This document shows, piece after piece, positions 23,441-35,000 of a stretch of 64,000 nucleotides of DNA. The stretch is from assembly GCA_030295235.1 (NCBI GenBank), contig AP026162.1, forward strand, positions 806,001 through 870,000. Reading direction: 5' to 3'. Below the pieces are notes generated by a model. The model worked only from the letters and a program-made list of their open reading frames with translations. It did no database searches and was not told where the DNA came from. The stretch comes from Fistulifera solaris. Its lineage: Eukaryota. A program made the position numbers and the translations under genes. Position 1 is the first letter of the stretch. Every line of letters starts with the position of its first letter.

Positions 23441-23689
23441 TTAACAAACAACGCAGCAACCGCCTTCGCCCGAGGTGCCCGTGGACGTGTGATACTGATT
23501 TTGCTCAACGGCACCTCCTTCTGTCACTAGAAATCCGTCTTGGTCTTGAGCAGCTAGAATATTAGTAATCACACGATTGCAGGCTACGCTCGCATTTTCC
23601 GCAGTCCCGACGGCCTTTAGAGTCTTGTTCAGATTGCTGAGATCGATTTCCAGGGTTTGTAGCTGAGTAAATCCGTTTTCATCCGTCAT
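23441..23689 (-). CDS. Probable heterotrimeric G-protein gamma subunit, divergent
   Basis: 82 aa; N-terminal heptad helix, ASVACNRVI (S.AC motif), DGFL (DPLL-like), NQYH (NPF/W-like) and C-terminal GGCCVVC prenylation-type end. Confidence 0.6.
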   Translation of the reverse strand: MTDENGFTQLQTLEIDLSNLNKTLKAVGTAENASVACNRVITNILAAQDQDGFLVTEGGAVEQNQYHTSTGTSGEGGCCVVC

Positions 23690-24183
23690 TTCCGCAAATT
23701 AAACTCTGTTTCTCCTCACGATATTATCTGACTTTGGCGTTACCGCTGGCGAAACTGTGTTTCACGTCGATCCGACTGCAACACCTGGCTCAGATACTGC
23801 AATGCTTGCGGTTATTACTGTGTTAATGGTTAATGGCATCGTCATCGGCGGATGCGTTGCGATGCACTTTTGGCGTTGCAAAAGGTGCGGATGTCACATC
23901 GGGTTCTAGAATACTTTATAATCAATAGTGCATGTCCCTTCGTTAATATCTCCAATCCTTATAAACTTACTAGATTTTAAGTGTACGTAGTCTAGTACGG
24001 AGTAGAAAAGATCATGTTCCTTTGAATCACGAAAAAGGCAAAACTAAATATAGTAGCTAAGGCTGGAGTCAATATCATACTTGCTCTCGCTCCTTGTCGT
24101 ATCACTATCAAGAATCATAGCGCGCATGACTATTGATTTTATTTCGATTACAAGCAATCAAAACGAAATCATTCATCACTCTC

Positions 24184-25194
24184 TCAATCGAACATGGATT
24201 GCAAAAGAGCTGCATCGTGGTAACCCGCAAACCCCATGAGCACTTCTTGACATAAAGGAGTCCGTCGCGGCGAGCATGTACATCGTTCCTGACATCTTCG
24301 TATGGTGGATCTTGCCCCAATGATGAAGATGCGGCATGTTGGGACACCAGCATCGCGATACGCAAGTTCATCCGCAATGCTGTTACCGATTCCTCCCCAT
24401 AGGAAGCGCGCCGGATCTGTGCACCCAATTTCGTTGTAAGGCGTTAGAAGACACGATTTTAAAGCCTCGTATTTGTAGAATCTTGCGGTCGCGTTCATTT
24501 CCATTTTCAACACACCCGCCAGTGTACCCGTAAACCCAATGAGAGGTCCCTCCGGCAAACCGAGACCATCTTGTTGCGCTTCGGCAAGGAACTTTCGGGT
24601 AGACGCCGCCATGGCTACAGGTCTCGCTGTCAAATACAACAGTCGCAACTGACATGGAGCTCGCTCTACGAGTTGAGATAAGAACTGACAAACACCCGGA
24701 TGACACACGGTATAGTTTTGTAGATATACTGTGGCCAAGAACGCTGGTATGGTAGAGGATGTAATGGTCCCATCCACATCCACAATGCAAATTTTGTCTC
24801 GATAATCCCAGACGAAGATGTTGGTGGGGACGATGCTAACAATGCGGTGATGTTGGTCCGTCAACACAAATCGCGCCGTGCTTCTTCCCGGCTGAAGTAG
24901 TTGAGCCAGAAGATGCAATGAATCCATGCGATGAGTAGCAGCGCTCTCCGCGTAGTGCGTAGTGTTGAGTTTGTGTGTCAGTTCTTCGTGAATCTTCCCT
25001 TGGCGCACCGCAAATTGAAAGTGTGCGCCGTCCTGCGATTTGACCAGTAATGTCAAACATAATCCCAACTCATGAATATTTCGGCGTCCGACAGTCCCAC
25101 CGTACCAACAAAATACATCCGAGCACGAATACCTTTCTCTTCCGCAAAATAAGATCAGATCATTGGAACATCCTGTCGAGAAACTGTGCTCCAT
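24184..25194 (-). CDS. Lipin/LNS2-type HAD phosphatase domain protein
   Basis: IFVW...DKICIVDVDGTITSS (DxDxT), HPGVC, LLYLTARP, LPEGPL and GIGN...D..AY...GVP..RIFII motifs. Confidence 0.85.
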   Translation of the reverse strand: MEHSFSTGCSNDLILFCGRERYSCSDVFCWYGGTVGRRNIHELGLCLTLLVKSQDGAHFQFAVRQGKIHEELTHKLNTTHYAESAATHRMDSLHLLAQLLQPGRSTARFVLTDQHHRIVSIVPTNIFVWDYRDKICIVDVDGTITSSTIPAFLATVYLQNYTVCHPGVCQFLSQLVERAPCQLRLLYLTARPVAMAASTRKFLAEAQQDGLGLPEGPLIGFTGTLAGVLKMEMNATARFYKYEALKSCLLTPYNEIGCTDPARFLWGGIGNSIADELAYRDAGVPTCRIFIIGARSTIRRCQERCTCSPRRTPLCQEVLMGFAGYHDAALLQSMFD

Positions 25195-26018
25195 TGGCTG
25201 AGTTGCGCGCTGTCGAAACGAGACAAGCTAATATTACTGCTAATCGCCCACCCGCCCTGGCCTTAAATTCATAGAAAAGAATACACTTTACTTCGTGCCA
25301 TAACTAAGTTTTCTCAAACGTTGAAAGATCAAAGACATTGCTTCATCTTCTCACAGCAACGAAACAACAAAAAGCAGAAGCCAAAAGGTGCTCATTTTCG
25401 GGACGGTTATTTGCTTCGTGACTGAATTGCAGTCGGGCGAAAGGTCGCCTACACTTGGACCGAGAGTGAATAGAGAAATAGACGATCCGCGAAGCTTTTC
25501 GTCGTCTAGCGTCGTGACAAATGCTTCGAAGAATATTTAATAGCGTAATTGACTTTAGTAGTTTAATTTTCTAGAGGCGATTGAATAAAGTGTAGGTAGC
25601 AGTTTGGCTCAAAAGAATGTTTTTTAGTTGCAATCACCTGGTCAACCACCCCAGTCTGAATCAGACGACAGCCCCCATGCTAACCATCCACATTGACCTG
25701 GCAATCTGAGGGATATAGGCAGAACCTAAAGTGATGGTTTGTGTTTTTTAGTTTTGTCATACAAACATATACCTGGTACGGAGTAAGGGATGGGACATGA
25801 GTAAGGTTATTACTTGTACGATGTAAGTGTCCTACTGGCAATAGGTACTGTTTATTAGAGACTTTCAATGTGTGCCATTTCGACCAAAGAGCGGCTCGGC
25901 GGCAGCAACATCCATGCGATCAATGAACATCATTGATTACAAAAAATAACATTGCAAAGACCCAAATCCGGGTTTTAGTACATAAGCATCTCTAATACTG
26001 AACAATTGAACAATTAAC

Positions 26019-27353
26019 ATGGTAACTTGGGGAAGCAACACGATACACACTGTTCCGCAGCGTGCTCCAGCACCGACAACCACGTTTGGGTCACCCGCTC
26101 CGGCAACTGGTTTTGGGGCGCCGGCAGCTTCTTCGGGCTTGTTCGGGAGCGCTTCTCCAAACACCACATTCGGTGGAACCCCTTCGCCGAGCGGAATTTT
26201 TGGTTCTGCACCGTCGTCCGGAAGTTTGTTTGGGTCGGCGCCCTCTTCGGGGACGTTTGGTGCTCCTGCTCCGTCGGGTGGATTGTTTGGGTCTGCACCG
26301 GCGCCGTCGACGAGTTTGTTTGGTTCCGCTCCTTCTTCTGGAAGTTTGTTTGGGTCTTCGCCAGCGCCGTCGGGTGGATTGTTCGGTAATACTAGCAATA
26401 CTTCCTCTGCTCCTTTCTCCTTTTCGAGTGCCGCACCATCGTCGGGTTTGTTCGGTGCACCCTCGACTCCTGGATTCGGTCAGCAGCAGCAACAACAACA
26501 GCGTCCCACCGTTCCACAACAAGCGGCTCAACAAGCTTTGTTGGACGCATCGGCTCGTCAAGAAGAATACCGCGTACAAAGTGCTCTGGAAAAACTCAAT
26601 CATGCCTATCAGGGCACCGAAATTGCGACGGACACAAATTCGGCACATTTCTCGGTGACACTGTACCATTCCGTTTCTCCGGAAATTAGTCAAATGCAAT
26701 CCTTGCAAGGTGTCGGTTTGGATGGGAAACCATTACCGATTGCTCCGCCACGGCCGCCACAAATATCCGAGGAAGATTGGACGCGGGCGGTTGTTTGCAA
26801 TACGGATCATGAGAATTACATGCCAGTTGCCCTGGTGGGTGCTCGGGCACTCCAAGCACGAGTCCAGGGTCAGCAGGAACAAGCCAATACATGCATTCAA
26901 CAGTTGAATGACATTCAAGAAACAGCCGAAGTCATCCGCGACCGAAATCACGGTGCGAATGCGCGACTCGTGGAAGCCGAACGGGAACAAGCTCGCCTGC
27001 GCAAGCGCATGTTAGCTGTTATGCGAAAAGTCGAAGTCTTGCGTTGCTTTAGTCATCCTTTGCAACAAGGTGAAGTAGAAGCCATGCACAAACTTGCGGA
27101 GGTGGAGAAGCAAATATATCAGAATATACAACCGGCGTTGCAGCGTCTCGCGGAAATTGTTCGCTCGAACGTTTCTTCGCAACCACCGACTGTGGCATTA
27201 CCCAACGATTTGGATGAACTCAAAGGTGTCTTGACGAAGCATCGGGAGGCTTTGAGTCGTATGACGACAGCTGTGCAGCATGATAAGGGCGACCTAGAAT
27301 TGATTCAAAAGCGAGTACAAGTGAAGGCTCCTTCTTCATCCAGTTTGTTTTAA
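26019..27353 (+). CDS. NUP54: FG-nucleoporin Nup54
   Basis: N-terminal SLFG/GLFG repeats, then the Nup54 domain (W..A...N.D...Y.PV..VG...L..R...Q) and a coiled coil. Confidence 0.85.
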   Translation: MVTWGSNTIHTVPQRAPAPTTTFGSPAPATGFGAPAASSGLFGSASPNTTFGGTPSPSGIFGSAPSSGSLFGSAPSSGTFGAPAPSGGLFGSAPAPSTSLFGSAPSSGSLFGSSPAPSGGLFGNTSNTSSAPFSFSSAAPSSGLFGAPSTPGFGQQQQQQQRPTVPQQAAQQALLDASARQEEYRVQSALEKLNHAYQGTEIATDTNSAHFSVTLYHSVSPEISQMQSLQGVGLDGKPLPIAPPRPPQISEEDWTRAVVCNTDHENYMPVALVGARALQARVQGQQEQANTCIQQLNDIQETAEVIRDRNHGANARLVEAEREQARLRKRMLAVMRKVEVLRCFSHPLQQGEVEAMHKLAEVEKQIYQNIQPALQRLAEIVRSNVSSQPPTVALPNDLDELKGVLTKHREALSRMTTAVQHDKGDLELIQKRVQVKAPSSSSLF

Positions 27354-27554
27354 AATGAAGTAGTAAGACGATCTTTCTCGTTTTTTTTCAAATCACGTCT
27401 ACTTTTTGCTTATTAAAAGTTTCGGTCGTTAACAAGCTGCATATACCGTCAGATAATCTCTACAGACTTGAATTGTCGGCCTTCGGATTAAATGCAATAC
27501 TCGACCACACTGCCTTAAGATATTATTCGAGAACGAGATCATTTGTTGTCAAGG

Positions 27555-28825
27555 CTATCCTTTTGAATCTCTATGCAAGAGCTTTTGCATAAAAGACATG
27601 AGTCCTCGGGCAGCATGTGCGGTGATAGTGACGAATCCAGCCGTGAAGACTGCTGCCGTGACTGCAGTCGGAATTGTGACACCAGCTGCTAAAATGTTCA
27701 AGGTATTCAGCATCAGCGGTGCCATGACGATTCCAACCGCACTGCCAATGGCTGTGGAGATTTTCATTTTCCGAGAGTCATCCACCGAAAAACGAGAACT
27801 AAGGACGGGAACCGTTTTGAGAGGGACAGCGATGGGTTCCATCATCGTCCGTGTGACAGGAGCGACAGGAAGGTCCAAACGTATGATAGGACAAGGAACT
27901 GGAAATGGTACAGTTATAGGAGCTTGAGATTCCAGGAAGTTCCCCTTTGTAAGTACTCTGGAGTGTGCCAGTGAATTGCAAAGGGTAGTTCAATTTTGAA
28001 AATGAGCCCGATGAAGCACCACAGAAAGCGCCTACGATACCACCAACCACGAGCATGAGAACTATGCGAACGAACACCGACATTTTGTTGCTTTCCGCTG
28101 AGGAAGTGTGCTTAAAAGCTCCGGGTCGTTTGACTTCGTGCGTCAACGGCGAGCTGTCGACAGCACTGCTTCCCTGTCCAAAGACTTTGCAAGAGTTCCG
28201 TTCGAAGAGCGATAGCGAGGTCATGGTACGTTCTCGTGTCCTAGCTCGTACGAAATGATCCTGTGGGAGGTGTTGTAAGGTGAACATCCCCGCAATGCAC
28301 GTTTTATAAGCTTGAAAGATTTCCGCCCAAGTAATAAACGCCTCCTCGTTCTCGTCGAAAGCTGGATCTTCAGGCGATGTCGCTTTTCGCGTTAACAATT
28401 TCAGAACCATCATTAACTGACGATCCGCCAGCAAGTGCTCCGTTAGTGCTGTTTTTTCCTCGAGTAGATCCACGGCTTTTTTCAATGCGGAGAACGAAAT
28501 CTCGCGTGTCAATAAAGTTGACTCAGCGACAGACCACGACAATGATGCCTTTTTGTCGGATGGCTTTTTCTTTGAAATTACCCCAGCTAACTCTTCCAAT
28601 CGCTCGATACAGGGACGTAGGTAATCGAGAGTGGCCACGTCTTCGGCTTCCTGCTGACGAATCATCGTCTCATAGCGCAACAAATATTCCAGGGCCTCTC
28701 TGTTTTCCCCCTCCCTTTCGAAGGTGGTGGATAAGAGCGACGTGTCCGTCTAGAATGGCAGCGTCATCGTCGTCCTCCGTTAAACTTGGGGCAAGGCAAG
28801 GCTCGGGACGTGTATCAATATTCAT
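27555..28825 (-). CDS. Hypothetical membrane protein, fragmented by apparent frameshifts near 28705 and 27920
   Basis: Three overlapping minus-strand frames from the ATG at 28825; ITWAEIFQAYKTCI segment; hydrophobic segments near 28030-28080 and at the C-terminus. Confidence 0.55.
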
Positions 28826-29366
28826 GGTTGTATTCTCTTATTAATATCAATCAATCTTTCTTTATTGTCGAAAGTAAGAAATGCCAAGAGAAAAAAAAAA
28901 TAGCAAAGCGCCATTTTTTGTGTCTTTCAGATGTTTTCCGTTCCGTTTTCTCAATGTAAACAAAAGCATATACTCCAGTACACATTTTAAAAAACAACGG
29001 AAACGTGATTAACTATGTTAATAACAAAAACAAAAGTGACCTAGTAAAAAACCACTTCAGTAATGAGGACGTATAAATAAAAAATGTTTACCGGTATTTA
29101 ACGGTTAATATGCTCCTTGAGCATGTCACTGTGACACCAAGTCGTGACGTCATATTTTCCGCTCCATGTGAGACTCTGAACGGTACTGGTACTTGATAAT
29201 AATTGTTGTAGGAACCATGTTCAAATGCCGCATACGACGACCTCCTCCTCACTCCTCACTCACTCCCGCTCCGTCTCTTTGTCTGTCGCACAAATAGTTC
29301 GACCTGAAACTTTCATTCATTCAATAATACTATATCTACCAGAAAATTCTTTGTTCTGAATCAGCC

Positions 29367-30278
29367 ATGAGATCGAAGTTACTCCTTCGCCCCGTATCTC
29401 TTTGTGGGGTGACGACGCGACGAAGCACCCGTCCATTCTTTCCAGCCTCATCGTGTATTCCTGACGATTCTTCATCGATCCGTCCTTCGCATGCGCGTCG
29501 TCTTTTCTCTGTATCATCTTCGGAAGTAGACAAGTTTAGTGCCATGGATCAGGACTGGTGGGATCCGAAAAAGAACGTTTTGATTCATATGAACACTATA
29601 CGAATGAAGTATATCCGTGAGATGGTCCGTCAAAATCTTGTCAAGAAGGACGGTACGATTGTTTCGTCGGCGCTTCCTTTGGAGGGATATTCGGCACTGG
29701 ACATTGGTTGTGGCGGGGGATTACTCAGTGAATCTCTGGCTCGACTCGGCGCCACCGTGACGGGATTAGACCCCAGTGCAAGGTTGGTAGAAGCCGCCAA
29801 ACAGCACGCAGCCCTTCATCCTCGGACACAAACCATTGATTATCATGGTGGCAAAACAGTGGAGGAGTTTGCGCAGGAGCACTCAAACAGAAAGTTTGAC
29901 ATCGTTTGTTTGCTCGAAGTTCTGGAACATTCGACGGATGCCGCGTCGTTGCTGAGGGCAGCTTCGGCTCTTTTAAAAGACGATGGTGTGCTCTTCCTTT
30001 CCACTATCAATCGCACTCTCAAAAGCCACCTTGCTACTATTATAGGGGCCGAATACATTATGCGATATATTCCTATTGGGACTCACAATTGGCATGATTA
30101 CCGTTCCCCGGATGAAGTAGCACGCTTGATGAATCATGTGGCTGTGGAAGAAGTCGACGTGTCGGGGATGGTGCTAACAAAACCTCCAATTTTTGGTGAC
30201 TGGTCGTGGAAACTGGATCCGACTGACACGGATATTAACTGGATCGGGGCGTATCGTAAACGATCAGACTCTAAGTAA
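29367..30278 (+). CDS. COQ3: Ubiquinone biosynthesis O-methyltransferase, mitochondrial
   Basis: EVDKFS...WWDP, HMN.IRM.YI, LDIGCGGGLLSESLARLGA.VTGLD, LEVLEH, STINRT and GTH.W motifs; Arg/Ser-rich presequence. Confidence 0.95.
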   Translation: MRSKLLLRPVSLCGVTTRRSTRPFFPASSCIPDDSSSIRPSHARRLFSVSSSEVDKFSAMDQDWWDPKKNVLIHMNTIRMKYIREMVRQNLVKKDGTIVSSALPLEGYSALDIGCGGGLLSESLARLGATVTGLDPSARLVEAAKQHAALHPRTQTIDYHGGKTVEEFAQEHSNRKFDIVCLLEVLEHSTDAASLLRAASALLKDDGVLFLSTINRTLKSHLATIIGAEYIMRYIPIGTHNWHDYRSPDEVARLMNHVAVEEVDVSGMVLTKPPIFGDWSWKLDPTDTDINWIGAYRKRSDSK

Positions 30279-30322
30279 TTATAGACTTTTCTTGGGTTAT
30301 AAAGTGAATCTCAGCACTGCTT

Positions 30323-31159
30323 TTAACGACGCACCCACTGTGGCGACTTTCTGGCCTTTTTATGACCGACTTTCTTTCGCTCTACTCGCCGAGCATCGCG
30401 TTCTAACAAACCGAGTCGCTTCAGCGGCGGTCGATACAAATCCGGATTGTAACTGTTGAGTGCGTGAGCCAAACCGTGTCGCACAGCCCCCGCCTGGCCT
30501 GTCAAGCCTCCTCCCTGCACCATGACTTGCACATCAAAGTCACCACACGTCTCCGTGGCCACGAGAGGTTGTAAAATCAAGTCTCGATCTGACATGCGCG
30601 GGAAGTAATCCACAAACGACTTTTTGTTGACCGTGACTTCGCCGAACCCCGGCTGAATCCAAACGCGTGCCGCAGCCTTCTTTCGGCCCCCACGTCCGTA
30701 CGCTCTCCCGCGTTCATCAATCTCAGATTTCCAGACGGGAGGCAAGCTATTCTCGATCCACTTCGCACGTTGGGCTTGATCTTCGGCCTCTCTGCGGCGT
30801 AGCTCTTCAATCAAATAGTCTGTTTCGCTGAGTGTTTGCTCACCTCCGGTGTCACTTTCGTATCCGCCCATCGTTTCGCTCGCTTCGTAATCATCCTCGT
30901 CGTCGTCCCACATACTTTCAGCATCATCCTGGTAGTCACCGGGAAACAGCATCACACTATTCGGTCGCTTACCGCGATCGTCGTTCGAGATATTGCTTAA
31001 TTGATTACTTCGACGGAAACGAAAGAGAGCCGACGTTTCCTCCGAAGAGAACGATCGATGTGACGTCAAAACGCTACTAGCATGAACGTGACTTCCCAGA
31101 CGCTTCGTGCTACAAAGGGCGTGCCGAATCAGCGTATTGTGGAGTAATTTCATAGACAT
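30323..31159 (-). CDS. MRPS9: Mitochondrial ribosomal protein uS9m
   Basis: GRGGRKKAAARVW, GGGLTGQAGAVRHGLAHAL and RDARRVERKKVGHKKARKSPQWVRR motifs; presequence. Confidence 0.93.
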   Translation of the reverse strand: MSMKLLHNTLIRHALCSTKRLGSHVHASSVLTSHRSFSSEETSALFRFRRSNQLSNISNDDRGKRPNSVMLFPGDYQDDAESMWDDDEDDYEASETMGGYESDTGGEQTLSETDYLIEELRRREAEDQAQRAKWIENSLPPVWKSEIDERGRAYGRGGRKKAAARVWIQPGFGEVTVNKKSFVDYFPRMSDRDLILQPLVATETCGDFDVQVMVQGGGLTGQAGAVRHGLAHALNSYNPDLYRPPLKRLGLLERDARRVERKKVGHKKARKSPQWVRR

Positions 31160-32031
31160 TCCTGATTACTTTCGATAGTCAACAAGCTATGCTGCAAGAC
31201 TTATGGCTTCCGGTGATGTTGTTGTGCGGCAAAAAAATAACGAGATGCCGCTCAGCGGTCCGAACAATGAGACGTACAGCGTACGTACCTGCTACGGTAC
31301 GGCGGACGGACGTGCATGTGTGACTATAAGTCCAAAATGTAGCATCACTTTACCACGACTGCATTTTAGTCATGAGTCGATCTTCTTCGTGGTCAGACTA
31401 CTGCCGAACCTCCGTTCGTTCTGCAATATTATCATATTACATCGCTTTTACAGTATTACGGCCTTATTATTGTAGGTAACATTCTCAACTCGAGGAGAGT
31501 TACTCCTAACGTTAATTAAACTGGTGAATCATGCCACGACTGCTTTTGGGTCATGAATCAACATTTTCCGAACCAAACTCAGCCTACATCCGTTCTGCAA
31601 CCTTTTTAAGACGCAATTGTTCTTATAATCCGCTTATGTTTGTCAGCGTTGAAAAGACACATGTCGATACGCAACGTCGGTAAAACTTATGAATCGTTGT
31701 TTTGCGTATTTACTATGCCCGCCACAACTGGACTCCAGTCAAAATTTCGAGCCAGGATACCATTAGTCTAACCATCCTGCTAAGTTGTCGAGATTTAATT
31801 ACTTTCTTTTACGGGCAACAATTGCAAATACAAAATCGTTTTTTACAAGTTGGAACACGTCATCTCTATTTCTCGCACTCGCACCGCGCAAGACCGCCGT
31901 AATCCTTCTCCTTAATGTCGATCTTTTCTACCAATTGCCTTCAAAATTCAATTCCTTCACAAGAAATAAATAATACCTGGTCTTTTATAAACTATTCATT
32001 CCTTTGGAAACATGAGACATCCATTTCCACT

Positions 32032-35000
32032 ATGTTAACATCTGGTTTGATTTCGTTAAACGTGCACGAGGCTCTCGCGTTTGATGGGACGGAAATATGC
32101 GTCCATCCCGACATTTTCAATACACCCGGCGCGAACCAAGATCCTCATGGATCTGCCCTACACACGCTTTCGATGGGGAGCAACTCGAAGAATTCCGCGA
32201 ACAATGCTTCTCATGATGACTCTACCGTACCTGCGTCTTCTTACAGAAAACTGGAAGTGGGAGATCTGATTGAAGTCAGAATTTGGGATCCGAACCCAAT
32301 ACAAATGAACAATAACAAAGTCAACAACAGCTCTGCTATTCCCTCGACCCGGGTTATTGCCAATGCTGCCAGTATCATACGTCGCAATCCCGCATCATCC
32401 GGCCCGGTTACAAGCGTACCGCAAAGTGTCACTCCAACAGACAACAATAGTGTCGCTTCTGGCTCGGTCGAGAATAATAGGCGATCGCCGTCGAAGGACA
32501 ACTCGGAGCTTGTTAATATCGAAGGTGTCGACCCTTTTCGGACGAAATCGCTGATATGAAAGACAAAACAACACTGTCGGTCGTCAATTCCTTGCAGTAT
32601 TCGGAGCAGGCGGACGAGGAGCAAGATAGCGTAGGAACCAGAGCAACTACGAGGGAGCAAATCATGAATCATATGGAAACAGTGTCGACGACTTCATCGC
32701 GGGATAACATCCGCAATGACACACCTTCCTCTCCATCGAACTCGCCGAAGACGTCCAAGCAAACTATGGCTTCACTCGCTTTTACAGATGGAACAACTCA
32801 CACACCTCCTCCTCCAACCAAGACGGTTGTCACGTCTTTAAATGTGCCGCCCGGAGGAAGGATGCCTCCCGTGTTTCCGAGGGCCCGTACATCCACTGCT
32901 GATTTTCCTCGTACTACTGCCAAGCCTCTCGTCAGTGGCGGCGGGAGTACTGGAACGCCGACGACGACCAAGCCCAGTCGAAGCATTTTGAAGTCTCATC
33001 ATAAACGAGAAATTTCCGACATGACGGTAGAAACAGCACTCGGCACTTTGCCATCGAATCCAACAGGGTGGTCGGGGCAATTGCCACTGGCTGGAAACTT
33101 GGGGACGGGAAGTGAAGACTTGGACGATGACTTTGACGTGGACGATGATATCTGGACGCAAATATCGAGCACCCACAATTTACGCATGTCCTTTGTTATG
33201 AAAGTCACGGAGAAATCACTGACTTCTTTGAAAGGCTCGGCACGCACTCAAGTTTCTATATTACGTCGTGTGGCGGATCTCTATGAGTTATCCAGCTATG
33301 ATATGGTGACGATCAGTAAAATCAATGAACACGACAAAGCCTTGGTTTTGGACACCGTTTCGGCGGATTTCGTGGTGGTTACGATTAAGGATCAGTTCAT
33401 ATCAAGAGGGGACATGCATGTGTTTCAAGAGACTTTGATCGGCAGTTGGATTTACGAAGGACAACGTCTACTTGAACCATCGAGAGGATTTCAAGCTTAC
33501 GTACAGGAAATTCGACACAGTGACAAGCTGGCGCGTTCGGGAATCGTTACAGAGGCCACAACTATCACGTTTCGGTCTCGATCCGCTCGTATTATGTGGC
33601 TGGTGCAAATGTCCAGCGAAATGTGGGATTATGCTTCTCCTTTTGAAAACAATCGTCCTTCCAGTCGTTGTGAAATATATTTCGATAGACTGATTGATAT
33701 ATTGCACCAGCTTTTTGCAAAGTGGAAAGAACTGGATACCACTCATTCCGTAACTGTTATTTTCTTCAGCCGAACGTTTGTGGGGAGATTCTGGAAGTCC
33801 CTTTACAAACGAGAAAGAGTTTGATGAGGACTTCAAAAGGGATATTTACGGTCGACAGTACGAAGATCACTTTCGACTAGTTATTGAGCACGAGAATCCT
33901 TCCGACTGGGAAACATTCATTGTTAGCGTTAAGGAAGCTTTTGTTCGTTATCCTATTGAGGTACAATGGAACCTGAAGTCGGGATCCCAATCCAGACGGC
34001 CATCCTCAGCAAGCCAAGGAAATGTATTGGAAGCGATCAATGTGACACTTAATTTACTCCAATATCACTACCTCGACAGAGACCTTCATAGAACTGGAAA
34101 TAGTATTGTTGTCATATCAGCAGGTAATGGTGTTTTCGAAGTCGACAAAGGACTCGCTGGTATATCCTACCAACGCATGATGGACAATGGAATTGGTTCC
34201 GACATGCTTTCCCTTGGTCTCCCCCCCTCTACATACTGCTCCATTTTTTCTATATGTCAATCTTTATCAGGACGTTGATCCTGAGAATGTTGATGGGTCC
34301 GAAACTTTCTACGAGGTACCCCACTGGATGAATCTTTCTTTTGCGAGCTATGACGGCGATTCAGATGGTTTGGGGAGGCCAAGGCGGAAATCTGAATTTA
34401 CCCATGAGTCTAACGCCGTCAAGTCGAACAATCTTTCCGTGGCTCCAAATGGATTTTTACTGCCGCGTTTTAAAGAACAAATTGCGCTACAGCTGAATAG
34501 CAGCCCTTTGCTTCGTCCCAAGTCGTTTTCCGTCGCACTAAATGGTACTTCTTCTCCCAAAAAGCCTCCACACCTTACACAAGAACGACAGCTCATTGCA
34601 GGTCGCGATTTTTATGATATTCTAGAGGCATGCCGACCACGTAATATCGGAGCTTTGCCATCTCCATTAAGGGCTTTGCTGGATATGCAGAGCAGTCTTG
34701 TTGCTGAAAAGGAGCACGACGAAGTTTCTGCTGTGGACAGTGATGATGACGTATCAACTCCGGTGGAATGGGGTGCTTTGGAATCGAAGCCCGCGGCGAC
34801 TGGCGACTTTTGACTATCAATCGCCGAAAGATATCTATTGGAAATGAATCTTTTGAGTCGACATCGCGTGCCGCTCCAATCGTCGCTCCAACAAAACAAG
34901 AGGAGCTTGATATCCACGAGAAATCTAGTCAGTCTTCCAGTTTTGCAAGCCAGATTTCCAACCATTTGCTTGGAGCATCGTTCGATCGGTCTTTCCTTTC

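Noticed and set aside
26027..26708. Long overlapping ORFs on alternative frames and the opposite strand of Nup54
   Set aside because: Shadow frames of the GC-rich FG-repeat coding sequence.
29124..29152. TGACGTCA plus TGTCACTGTGACA inverted repeat upstream of COQ3
   Set aside because: A single short site is expected by chance in 64 kb; not clustered like the TPI motifs.
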